A stretch of 33,139 nucleotides of DNA, from the IMG/VR virus record IMGVR_UViG_3300038556_000039, positions 1 to 33,139 of that record; one strand, given 5' to 3'. Positions 17,210-25,416 of the stretch are shown here, piece after piece. The DNA is from a virus (taxonomy: Duplodnaviria; Caudoviricetes). A program made the translations under genes and the position numbers. Within the stretch, counting starts at the first letter, position 1. Each line of letters starts with the position of its first letter. The notes beneath the pieces were generated by a model, which had not been told where the DNA came from, ran no database searches, and saw nothing but the letters and a program-made list of their open reading frames with translations.

Positions 17210-18732
17210 TGGCATTCAATCCAAACAAGCTTACCAGGCAGCAGAAAGCTGATTGGGAGATATTTAAGAATCAGGTAATTGGAGCCACGGAAACGTTTGT
17301 CGAAACGACAGACGAAAAGGCTGCACGCCTGGAACGGTTCAAGACGGACTACAACGCATTTTTCAGATACTATTTTCCGCACTATGCCGAATGCGACTGC
17401 GCAGAGTATCACATTGAGGTAGCTGAAAACCTGCGTGACAATCCCATCATTAACCAGTTCAATACGGTTTACCGTGGTGGTGCCAAGTCGGTGCATGGCA
17501 ACTTGGGTATACCCATGTGGCTCATCTTTGTGTTTGACCAGATCAGCTTCATGCTGCTGATCGGTGAAAACGAAACCAAGGCCGGTTTGCTGCTTCGTGA
17601 CATTCAGATAGAGCTGCAATACAACCAACGTCTGATTGCAGACTACGGTATACAGATGCAGCATGGTGATTGGAGTGAAGGGGAATTCAAGATTCAGAAA
17701 GGCACCCTGTTCAAATCACTGGGTATCAATCAAAGTGCCCGTGGCTTGCGCAACATGCAGCACCGGCCTGATTACGTATCCGTGGATGATGTGGAAGATC
17801 GCAAGAAAGCCAAGAACGCAGAGATAGTAGCCGAACGGGTGGATAAGATCACCGGTGACATCATGGGTGCGTTTGACAAGGATCGTCAGCGCATGCTGAT
17901 AAACAACAACCTGATTCACAAATCCGGCATCATTGCCGGACTCCTGGAAAAGCTTGGCACCAAGGAAACTACCCGGATTCTATTACGCAATGCCATTGAT
18001 GCGCAAGGCAACCCGACGTGGCCGGAACGCTTTACCCGTGAATACTGGGAAAAGAAGAAAGCCAACACACCGTCTGCCCAATGGGAACGCGAATGGATGA
18101 ACAACCCAGTGGAAGAAGGCTTGCTATTCAAAGCCGAATGGATGCAGTACAAACCGCTGTCACTGTTCACACCACCGGTGCAGAAGATAGTGGTATATGG
18201 CGACCTTTCCTACAAAGCCAACGGTGATTACAAAGCACTGGTGGCCGGGTTCAAGCACGGCGACACCTACTATATCTACGACTGCTTTGTACGCAAAACC
18301 ACACTGGCAAATGTCATTGACTGGTGTTACGACTTCCGGAGTTGGATACCGGAAAACATCATGGTGGAATACTGGTTTGAAGCCAACTTCATTCAGGATA
18401 TGTTTTTGGATGACTTCTATGCCGAAGCCGAAAAGCGTGGCAAGCAGCTCAACATCCGGCCCGACAAACGAGCCAAACCCGACAAGTTCATCCGGATCGA
18501 AGCCATGACACCCACATTCCAACGCCTGAAGGTATTCTTCAACGAACTGCGCAAAGGCTCCAAGGATATGGAAAAACTGGTGGATCAGTTCCTGCTATTC
18601 GAAAAAGGCAGCAGTGCGAATGACGACGGCCCGGATGCCTGCGAAGGCTTGTTTGAAAAGCTCAATACCCAATCCAAAGTTGGTTTATTTCCCAATCTGT
18701 TCATACCCAAAACCCGAAAGAACTCATGGTAA
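17209..18732 (+). CDS. Terminase large subunit
   Basis: Walker A-like YRGGAKS, Walker B YVSVDDVE, nuclease motifs VYGDLS and DDGPDA. Confidence 0.93.
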   Translation: MAFNPNKLTRQQKADWEIFKNQVIGATETFVETTDEKAARLERFKTDYNAFFRYYFPHYAECDCAEYHIEVAENLRDNPIINQFNTVYRGGAKSVHGNLGIPMWLIFVFDQISFMLLIGENETKAGLLLRDIQIELQYNQRLIADYGIQMQHGDWSEGEFKIQKGTLFKSLGINQSARGLRNMQHRPDYVSVDDVEDRKKAKNAEIVAERVDKITGDIMGAFDKDRQRMLINNNLIHKSGIIAGLLEKLGTKETTRILLRNAIDAQGNPTWPERFTREYWEKKKANTPSAQWEREWMNNPVEEGLLFKAEWMQYKPLSLFTPPVQKIVVYGDLSYKANGDYKALVAGFKHGDTYYIYDCFVRKTTLANVIDWCYDFRSWIPENIMVEYWFEANFIQDMFLDDFYAEAEKRGKQLNIRPDKRAKPDKFIRIEAMTPTFQRLKVFFNELRKGSKDMEKLVDQFLLFEKGSSANDDGPDACEGLFEKLNTQSKVGLFPNLFIPKTRKNSW

Positions 18733-18932
18733 AGTTTGCAGTAACCTTCAAAAATGACAAGCCCGCCCTGGTGATGGATTTCAACACAGCATCCACCGAA
18801 CTGGCGGAACTGGTATTCAAGCAATTCATTGAAAAAGCATCCGACCCGGACTATCAAATGGTATTGGAAAGCACCGACAATGCCAACGGCACTACCACGG
18901 CCACCATCACCATCGAACCTGCAAACCCGTAA
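18726..18932 (+). CDS. Hypothetical protein
   Basis: Fills the gap between terminase and gp36 with an overlapping start. Confidence 0.55.
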   Translation: MVKFAVTFKNDKPALVMDFNTASTELAELVFKQFIEKASDPDYQMVLESTDNANGTTTATITIEPANP

Positions 18933-18936
18933 TCGT

Positions 18937-19359
18937 ATGGTATTTCTGACACAGGAAGATTTCAAAGCCCAAATCAAGGCGGATGTATTGACGCGTATCA
19001 TTCAGGATGACGCATCTATTCTGCACCAGGCCGAAATGCAGGCTATCAAGGAAATGCAGAGCTATCTGGGTGTACGCTTGGATGTTGCCAATATATTCAA
19101 TCGCAGTGGATCGGAGCGGCACCCGCTCATTGTCATGTTCTGCGTGGACATCCTGTTGTATCACGTCCATTCGCGGTTGAATCCTAACCAGATTCCGCAA
19201 CTGCGCATGGACCGGTACGATGCCGCTGTCAAATGGTGCAAGGATACCGGATCGGGCACGCTTTTCACCGACCTGCCCACCCGGCCCGAACCGGAAACCA
19301 CCACTGCTGCCGGCAATATCATTTACAGTGGAGATGTCAAACGAAACAACCGTTTTTAA
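18937..19359 (+). CDS. Mu gp36-like head-tail adaptor (DUF1320); start refined to MVFLTQ
   Basis: AI.EM.SYL..R.D...CVDI.LY...R.DRYD.AVKW. Confidence 0.8.
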   Translation: MVFLTQEDFKAQIKADVLTRIIQDDASILHQAEMQAIKEMQSYLGVRLDVANIFNRSGSERHPLIVMFCVDILLYHVHSRLNPNQIPQLRMDRYDAAVKWCKDTGSGTLFTDLPTRPEPETTTAAGNIIYSGDVKRNNRF

Positions 19360-19362
19360 CCA

Positions 19363-21351
19363 ATGGCAAAGCAGACCAAAGATACCAGTCTGATCATCAA
19401 TCAGATTCAGCTTATTCAGCTCCAACGGCAAAAGATTGCCATTGACAAGTGGCGCAAAGCCTTGCAGTCGGCAGAGAACGTGCGCAACCCGTTGCGTCGT
19501 CAACTGTTGGAGATATACAAGGAAATCCTGTTGGATGCCCACGTGTATGCCATCATTGACAAACGCATCAAAGCCGTCACCCGGCAGCGCATCCGCTACA
19601 CAGAGGAAGGCAAGAATACCACGGAGCTGAACAAACTTTTTGAATCTCCGTGGTTTGGCAAGGTTGTCAAACACACCATGCAGTCAATCTTCTGGGGTTA
19701 TTCCCTGATGGAATTCGTGGTGGAGAAAGGGGAAATAGTCCGGACGATCCTGATCCCGCGCGAACATGTGCGGCCTGAACTGGGTATTGTCGTTCGGGCA
19801 AACGCCTCCGAAAATGCCGGGTTTGAATACCGTCTGCCTCCGTATGACCGGTATACCTTTGAAGTGTACATTGATGATGAACTGGGACTGCTGAACATTG
19901 CGGCCTGCAACGTGATTCTCAAACGCGGTGGCACCATTGACTATGCCAACTTCATTGAGATGTTCGGGCAGCCCATCCGGCAGTACGAATACGACCCAAG
20001 CGTACCAGGCGCACGCGAAGAAACCAAAAAGGTAGCGGATGAATCCGGCAATTCGGCAGCCATCGTTACGCCAAAGGACTGGACTACCCTGACGCTTCAC
20101 CAGATCAACAACAGTGCCGGTGCCAGTGTGCATGCTCCGTTCCTGCAAGCACTCAAGGAAGAGCTTTCTATCCTGATCTTGGGCCAAACGATGACTACCC
20201 AGGACGGCAGCAGCCGTAGCCAGGCACAGGTACACCAGCAGGAGCAGGATAAGATCACCCAGGATGACATGCAGTTTGTCCTGGATCAGCTCAACTTCTT
20301 TTTCAAACCCAAGTTGGAGGCATTGGGTTATCCGGTATCAGGTGGCATGTTCCAGTTTGACCAAACGGACAACACACCGATTGATGTGCAGCTCACGATG
20401 GATTTGCAAATCAAAGCGGCAGGCATTCCGATTGACGATGATTATTTCTACGAGAAATACAAGATTCCCAAACCGTCAGGCAAACAGGCTGCCGCTCAAA
20501 AAAAAAAGCCCAGTGAACAAACCTTAGTCCACGGCCCTGACTGTGGGTGTGGCGAACTGGCATACCACCTGGACTATGAAAAACTAGGTTTGTTTGAAGG
20601 GATTCAAAAGCTATTCCGCAAGGTATTCAAACAGGAACTGAAGGCCGGTGACCTGGACGAAAAAACGTTTGTGGACACCTACCAAACCCTGATTGATGGC
20701 ATGGATCAAGGATATGGAGACATCCGGCCCGACTATGAGCAACCGGATACGATCATGTTGGAAAAGTTGGATGCCAGTACTGCCATTTTCGCGGCACATA
20801 AAAACGCTGCCTTTATCAAGTCGCTGGTGGAAGCCCTGAAGGATTCCAATGGTGAATTGGTGAAATGGACTGAGTTCAGAAAGGCTGCATTGCAGATTCA
20901 CCAGAACTACAATGTCACCTACCTGGAAACGGAATACAACCAAGCCATTGCAGCAGCACAAGCGGCACGGCTCTGGGTGCAGATCGAAGCGGATGCAGAA
21001 GACTTTCCAAACCTGAAGTACAGCACCGTGGGTGACAACAATGTACGGCCTGCCCATCAGAAATTGGAAGGCATTGTCAGACCCGTAAATGATCCAATCT
21101 GGAATGTCATATACCCACCTTCGGCGTGGCGTTGTAGGTGCACGGTGCAACAGATGGATGCTGATGCCGAACTAACGACAGACACCAAATTGCGTTCAGC
21201 CGTGAAGCAGGCAGCCATAGAACCCCAGTGGCAAAACAACGTAGGCAAAACCGGCAAACCGTTTGGTGAGAATTATGAGTATTACCAGCAGCTCACAGAG
21301 GAAGAACGCAAGAAAGCCGAACAATTCGCAAAAGACAATGGCAACCAATAA
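19363..21351 (+). CDS. Portal protein (DUF935/Mu gp29-like) fused to a MuF minor head domain
   Basis: N-terminal DAHV...FIEMFGQP...ILGQTMTT.DGSSRSQAQVH; C-terminal YL.TEYNQA...Y.TVGD..VRP.H...YPP..WRCRC.V. Confidence 0.9.
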   Translation: MAKQTKDTSLIINQIQLIQLQRQKIAIDKWRKALQSAENVRNPLRRQLLEIYKEILLDAHVYAIIDKRIKAVTRQRIRYTEEGKNTTELNKLFESPWFGKVVKHTMQSIFWGYSLMEFVVEKGEIVRTILIPREHVRPELGIVVRANASENAGFEYRLPPYDRYTFEVYIDDELGLLNIAACNVILKRGGTIDYANFIEMFGQPIRQYEYDPSVPGAREETKKVADESGNSAAIVTPKDWTTLTLHQINNSAGASVHAPFLQALKEELSILILGQTMTTQDGSSRSQAQVHQQEQDKITQDDMQFVLDQLNFFFKPKLEALGYPVSGGMFQFDQTDNTPIDVQLTMDLQIKAAGIPIDDDYFYEKYKIPKPSGKQAAAQKKKPSEQTLVHGPDCGCGELAYHLDYEKLGLFEGIQKLFRKVFKQELKAGDLDEKTFVDTYQTLIDGMDQGYGDIRPDYEQPDTIMLEKLDASTAIFAAHKNAAFIKSLVEALKDSNGELVKWTEFRKAALQIHQNYNVTYLETEYNQAIAAAQAARLWVQIEADAEDFPNLKYSTVGDNNVRPAHQKLEGIVRPVNDPIWNVIYPPSAWRCRCTVQQMDADAELTTDTKLRSAVKQAAIEPQWQNNVGKTGKPFGENYEYYQQLTEEERKKAEQFAKDNGNQ

Positions 21352-21805
21352 CCCGTTTTTGACACTGAAAAAGAAAGTGGATAACGCACTACGCAAGCTG
21401 CCGCGCAAGGTGGGTGTGTTGGCAGTGAACCACTTTCAGGACAATTTCAAACGGCAGGGTTTTGATGGCAAGCCGTGGAAGGAAGTGAAACGACGGCTAC
21501 CCATTGGTGGCCGCACCGGCAGGCGTTCCACCCGTTTGCGCTACCAAAAAGGAGCGGCACGCACCCGTGGCATCCTGATTGGCACCGGCAGGTTACGGCG
21601 TGACATCCGCCTGATCTCTGCCAGCTCCACCAAAGTTGTCGTAGGTACCGGCCTGGTGTATGCACCGGTCCATGATCTTGGGCTAAGGGCCGGAAGGGGT
21701 TCGGGCTTTGTGATGCCACAACGCAAGTTCATGGGAACGGATAAGAAGCTAGTCAAGGATATTCAGGCACTGATTGAAAAGGACATTGCAGCAGCATTCA
21801 AATAA
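21338..21805 (+). CDS. Mu gpG-like virion morphogenesis protein; start refined to MATNNP
   Basis: NF..QGF....W...ILI.TGRLRRDI...YA.VH..G...MPQRKFMG. Confidence 0.85.
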   Translation: MATNNPFLTLKKKVDNALRKLPRKVGVLAVNHFQDNFKRQGFDGKPWKEVKRRLPIGGRTGRRSTRLRYQKGAARTRGILIGTGRLRRDIRLISASSTKVVVGTGLVYAPVHDLGLRAGRGSGFVMPQRKFMGTDKKLVKDIQALIEKDIAAAFK

Positions 21806-21806
21806 A

Positions 21807-21832
21807 AAAAGCCTCCGAATTCGGAGGCTTTT
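21807..21832. terminator. Bidirectional intrinsic terminator
   Basis: Perfect palindrome AAAAGCCTCCGAATTCGGAGGCTTTT between convergent genes. Confidence 0.9.
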
Positions 21833-21836
21833 CACT

Positions 21837-22049
21837 TCAGTCATTCACCTGTCCACTACTGGGTGACAAGTGCTCAAGTAATACAATCGTATCATGAATC
21901 TCAATTCGCAACGATGAAAACTCAATAGGGTCTAATGCGCAAACCGCTTTCAGAATAGCGAACAACCCTTTGCGGTAATGCTCAAGCTCTTCACAAGGCG
22001 AGGTGTGTTCAATTTCGATCTTGATCGAATTATCAGTGCACTGTATCAT
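21837..22049 (-). CDS. Hypothetical protein translationally coupled to the antirepressor
   Basis: ATGA overlap at 22046-22049; ends just before the terminator. Confidence 0.65.
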   Translation of the reverse strand: MIQCTDNSIKIEIEHTSPCEELEHYRKGLFAILKAVCALDPIEFSSLRIEIHDTIVLLEHLSPSSGQVND

Positions 22050-22687
22050 AGCACAGCCTCCTTTCTCAAGGTGCGAAATAGTTTCATTCGCAACGCCTTG
22101 TCTTCGATTTTCATTACATCTTCAATGATTTCAGCATCGTATCCGGCACCTTTGTCTACAATCTTCCGCGACACTTTTTCAATCTGCCGAAGCATTTCAT
22201 TGGAAAATAAAGAGAGCTGCCCATTGATAGCTTGCGAAAGTGTACCTGTACTCACACCGATTCGCTTGGCAAGTTTGGCCTGGCTGCCGCACACCTGCAC
22301 CGCCTGTGTAACGATCTTTGTCAGATTGAATACCTGTGGAGATTCCACAGCAAAACGCAGGGTTTTCTCGCACTCGATAAAATACCGCCGTGCTTGTTTG
22401 CCTCTTTCGTTCTTTTCCACCATAGCTAATTCCTTTGCCATGTCTAGGGTTAGAACGTAGTCGACACCTTCCGTTTTGGGATTCTTCGGATTATTGGTTT
22501 CCCAGATTTGGGAAATAATACTATAATCCTGATTGTCAACAAATCCATATTCATCTATACGACGTTGAATCCAAGTCGTAAATTTAGTTTGGATTTGTAA
22601 AAAAGAGTGGAGTTCGCGAGCAGAGACGGTATTTCGCCCATCTTTTTGCTCAATTTTGATAAGGTACTGCATTGGAGTGTTTGACAT
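22046..22687 (-). CDS. AntA/AntB-family antirepressor with C-terminal HTH
   Basis: VSARELHSFL...FTTWIQRRIDEYGF....DY...LTLDMAKELAMVE.NE.GKQARRYFIECEK. Confidence 0.9.
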   Translation of the reverse strand: MSNTPMQYLIKIEQKDGRNTVSARELHSFLQIQTKFTTWIQRRIDEYGFVDNQDYSIISQIWETNNPKNPKTEGVDYVLTLDMAKELAMVEKNERGKQARRYFIECEKTLRFAVESPQVFNLTKIVTQAVQVCGSQAKLAKRIGVSTGTLSQAINGQLSLFSNEMLRQIEKVSRKIVDKGAGYDAEIIEDVMKIEDKALRMKLFRTLRKEAVL

Positions 22688-22703
22688 TTAGTTTTGTGCA
22701 ACA

Positions 22704-22800
22704 AAATAGCGGTGCCGCACGTCCCGTTGTCAAACACTCACTTTCGTGGGGGTTGCTTACGCCACTACAACGCAAGCACGGGGTTACGACACCGCTATTT
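22704..22800 (-). ncRNA. C4/CI-like structured antisense RNA in the antirepressor leader
   Basis: 11-bp closing stem AAATAGCGGTG/CACCGCTATTT, inner stems and a GAAA tetraloop; its sequences are complementary to upstream and downstream leader sites. Confidence 0.7.
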
Positions 22801-22827
22801 CTATATAGAATAGAAGTATCAAGGCAC

Positions 22828-22870
22828 AAAAATAGCCCCTGCCTGTAAAAGTGGGGCTTGCAGCACCCAC
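22828..22870 (-). terminator. Attenuator: terminator AGCCCC/GGGGCT + ATTTTT overlapping an alternative GTGGG/CCCAC stem
   Basis: Mutually exclusive hairpins in the antirepressor leader. Confidence 0.6.
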
Positions 22871-22894
22871 GAAATATTGAATGTTTGACAGGGG

Positions 22895-22926
22895 CAAAGA
22901 TACTATATTTTAACTGGCAATGTCAA
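22895..22926 (-). promoter_or_regulatory. Bacteroidota sigma-A-type promoter for the antirepressor operon
   Basis: TTG(ACA) at 22926-22921 and TATCTTTG (TAnnTTTG) at 22902-22895. Confidence 0.75.
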
Positions 22927-22945
22927 GCGGGTGTAATTATTTCGC

Positions 22946-23623
22946 TTAGAAACTCTCTAATGTAGCCACCTTGTCATCCGATGGGACTTTGGTTGTATAA
23001 TAAACAATATCATCATCCTGACCTTTGTACCAACAAAATTCAATCCTTTTAAATCGAAAACTTTTCAGGTTAGTCCACATCCGATCATTTTCCATACTTA
23101 AAAACTCATCAATATTTTTATTACTAGCAAATACACCTCCTGTGAATCGAATGGTACTGTTTCGCGACCCGGACAATGTAACATAAATATCGTTTTTCCA
23201 CATAGTCTGATAGATGCTTTCAGCGTATGCTTTGCGCAGCTTGGGAAATTCCTTTTGCTGCAATGGCACTAACCTTTTTTCTATTTGCTTGGCAGCATTG
23301 GCCAATGCCGTATCTGAACTTTGCCGGTTTTTAATAACCTCTGTTGCAGCAGAGTAAAAGATAACAGCGTCAAGCACTACCAAATCAGGAGTAGCACGTT
23401 CGCTTGGCTCATATTTGGTGAGCATAGGAATGTACGACTGAACAGTTTTTACATACTTGTCATGTTCAGCGTTCGGATCATACACCTCAGTTGATGCCGC
23501 TACAGCTTTAACCTCTTCTTTTGCTTTACTTTTTCCACCTATGGCAAGCCCAATAAGTGAGACAATGAACATTAAACCAAATAGGCCTAAAATAGACAGT
23601 CCAATAATTTTTAATATTTTCAT
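22946..23623 (-). CDS. AT-rich membrane-anchored accessory (moron-like) protein
   Basis: N-terminal TM helix (KIIGLSILGLFGLMFIVSLIGLAIGG); own AT-rich upstream region. Confidence 0.8.
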   Translation of the reverse strand: MKILKIIGLSILGLFGLMFIVSLIGLAIGGKSKAKEEVKAVAASTEVYDPNAEHDKYVKTVQSYIPMLTKYEPSERATPDLVVLDAVIFYSAATEVIKNRQSSDTALANAAKQIEKRLVPLQQKEFPKLRKAYAESIYQTMWKNDIYVTLSGSRNSTIRFTGGVFASNKNIDEFLSMENDRMWTNLKSFRFKRIEFCWYKGQDDDIVYYTTKVPSDDKVATLESF

Positions 23624-23722
23624 GTTTTAACAGTTTATTAGTGAGACATTAATAACAAAACTGCGAGAAAGTAAACCTTAAATAACATTCGTTTTTACCA
23701 AAAAACTTACTCGTGTTAGAAT

Positions 23723-23755
23723 TCCCCCTCCACGGGAGGGGGTTAGGGGGAGGCC
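23723..23755. repeat. REP-like G/C palindromic element
   Basis: TCCCCCTCC-ACG-GGAGGGGG-TTAGGGGGAGG directly after a stop codon. Confidence 0.5.
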
Positions 23756-24172
23756 TTATACATCCCAAACTTTATTCTTTAAATAGGTTTTGGCGTACAT
23801 CTTAGCCATGCCTGACCTTCGGAGTTCGTTGTTATAGTTCTCGATATAGTCAAAGGCTCTGCGCTGTTCGTGGGGTGGCAGCTTCACCCAGATGTCCTTG
23901 GCCCGTTTCTTATCCGGTATGTAATCATACTTATTCCAAAAGTCATCAAAGCTTAGGAGTTGCACCAGCTCCACCAATTTGCCTTTCAGCTTGGGTGTGC
24001 TGTATGCCTTTTCCAGGTCTTTGAGATAGTAAAAAGCGGTGGCTACAATCCCTTGCAAGTCTTCCGGCCCTAACGCCTTATTGACTTCAAAGCCCAATAG
24101 AATACCGTTTGAAGAGTAGGTAAACGTGATTTCACAATCGTATTTGTGACTGATAACTACAAACTTTCTCAT
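23756..24172 (-). CDS. Hypothetical protein
   Basis: Coupled ORF; FDDFWNKY...K.RA...W.KL motif. Confidence 0.75.
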   Translation of the reverse strand: MRKFVVISHKYDCEITFTYSSNGILLGFEVNKALGPEDLQGIVATAFYYLKDLEKAYSTPKLKGKLVELVQLLSFDDFWNKYDYIPDKKRAKDIWVKLPPHEQRRAFDYIENYNNELRRSGMAKMYAKTYLKNKVWDV

Positions 24173-24522
24173 GTGGTAGATTTGTGGATGTGACTGGTAA
24201 TGGATAGTGCCATCAGTTCATGGTCCTGGCTCCTGAATTTGCCATTCAGGTAAGCCATGTGAATCAGCAAGGCAAGTGCGTGCGGTTCCAGTAGTGTTAT
24301 TTTCATGGTGCCACCGGTTTCGCAGGCAAGCAACTTGGTGTAGTACTTATGCCAGATCAGAGCCACTACACCTGCCATGCACCGGTCCACCGAATAGTAC
24401 CAATCACCATCACCATCCGCTTCGTAATCCTTCCGATCCGGCACTTTCTGAATCAGATCAGACAGGAGTTCGGCCATTAGCCGTGCCTCCTGTTTGGTAA
24501 ATTTCAGCGTGATGGTTTTCAT
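24169..24522 (-). CDS. Hypothetical protein
   Basis: ATGA overlaps on both sides. Confidence 0.7.
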   Translation of the reverse strand: MKTITLKFTKQEARLMAELLSDLIQKVPDRKDYEADGDGDWYYSVDRCMAGVVALIWHKYYTKLLACETGGTMKITLLEPHALALLIHMAYLNGKFRSQDHELMALSITSHIHKSTT

Positions 24523-24914
24523 GCTCTTATATAGTACATGCCCGTATGGTCAACCCGAACCTTTGATCCTACCCGTTGACTAACCTGGTTAAACTTGTGT
24601 ATGGTGGCTCTGCCAAGATCAATACCGGCCTGCATGGCAGTAATGTCCAGGTAAGTCACAATGTCCGCAAATTCGTTAGCCAGCAGCGGCCTGGCTTCCT
24701 CCATTGTCATGTCACCCCGACGCACCTTTTTGATGATGTTGGCAGCCTCACCCAGTTCACCGGCCACGGCATTCATCCATTCGCCCAAGGTCCAATCCGA
24801 ACCATCCGCTTTCTCATGTGCCGGTTCTCCTTTGCTGTTTTTGAACTCTGGCAATCTGGCTTTGTTGGCTTCTCTCAGTCCGTTGAAAGTCAGCCCATTT
24901 GTTAGGTATCCCAT
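24519..24914 (-). CDS. MazG-like nucleotide pyrophosphohydrolase
   Basis: AGELGEAANIIKK...NEFADIVTYL (EXXE...EXXD) and IHKFN. Confidence 0.8.
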   Translation of the reverse strand: MGYLTNGLTFNGLREANKARLPEFKNSKGEPAHEKADGSDWTLGEWMNAVAGELGEAANIIKKVRRGDMTMEEARPLLANEFADIVTYLDITAMQAGIDLGRATIHKFNQVSQRVGSKVRVDHTGMYYIRA

Positions 24915-24916
24915 TG

Positions 24917-25147
24917 TCAGTTTTGATTTTCTTTGATTTCAATGATTTGATATTTGAGTGTCAGGTATCTACCTTCCGACGTTTCCACTTCCGGTTGGTC
25001 ACCAACTTTGAGCGGATCAGGATAGGCAATCCGTGAACCTTTCCACAACCAACTTTGAAAAGGACGGCAGTCAATCACGGTGCCTTCATCGTCCAAGTCC
25101 CATTCCAGGAAGTCTTGGCCGCAATCTTCAAACACTATAGTTTTCAT
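24917..25147 (-). CDS. Hypothetical protein
   Basis: Packed in the operon; FEDCGQDFLEWDLD...PFQSWLW. Confidence 0.7.
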   Translation of the reverse strand: MKTIVFEDCGQDFLEWDLDDEGTVIDCRPFQSWLWKGSRIAYPDPLKVGDQPEVETSEGRYLTLKYQIIEIKENQN

Positions 25148-25380
25148 CAGTTTGAGTTGTTTAAACCTACTGTAGTTTCATCAATTGACTCTTCCGTGAA
25201 GTAACTGCGTAGCAGCTCATTGATTGCGTATCCAATTTCCATCATGGGTTGATTGTCTTCAAACACATGAATAATGCACCGGACATTGACACCTTTCTTG
25301 GTGATTACAATGAACTCCGTAGCGTCTTTAAGAGCATCCAAACTCTCTTGTTTTTTCTTTTCGGTTTGCGATTGTGCCAT
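25147..25380 (-). CDS. Hypothetical protein
   Basis: Stop overlaps the next start. Confidence 0.65.
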   Translation of the reverse strand: MAQSQTEKKKQESLDALKDATEFIVITKKGVNVRCIIHVFEDNQPMMEIGYAINELLRSYFTEESIDETTVGLNNSN

Positions 25381-25416
25381 TTTAGTGGAGTTTACAACTT
25401 GTGAGAGATACTATTT

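Noticed and set aside
18907-21756. Long minus-strand ORFs (up to 255 aa) opposite gp36, portal and gpG
   Set aside because: Antisense shadows of conserved head genes
22555-22737. 60-aa ORF overlapping the leader RNA and antA start (possible icd/ash-like peptide)
   Set aside because: GTG start inside the RNA structure, out-of-frame overlap with antA and no coding signature; not supportable
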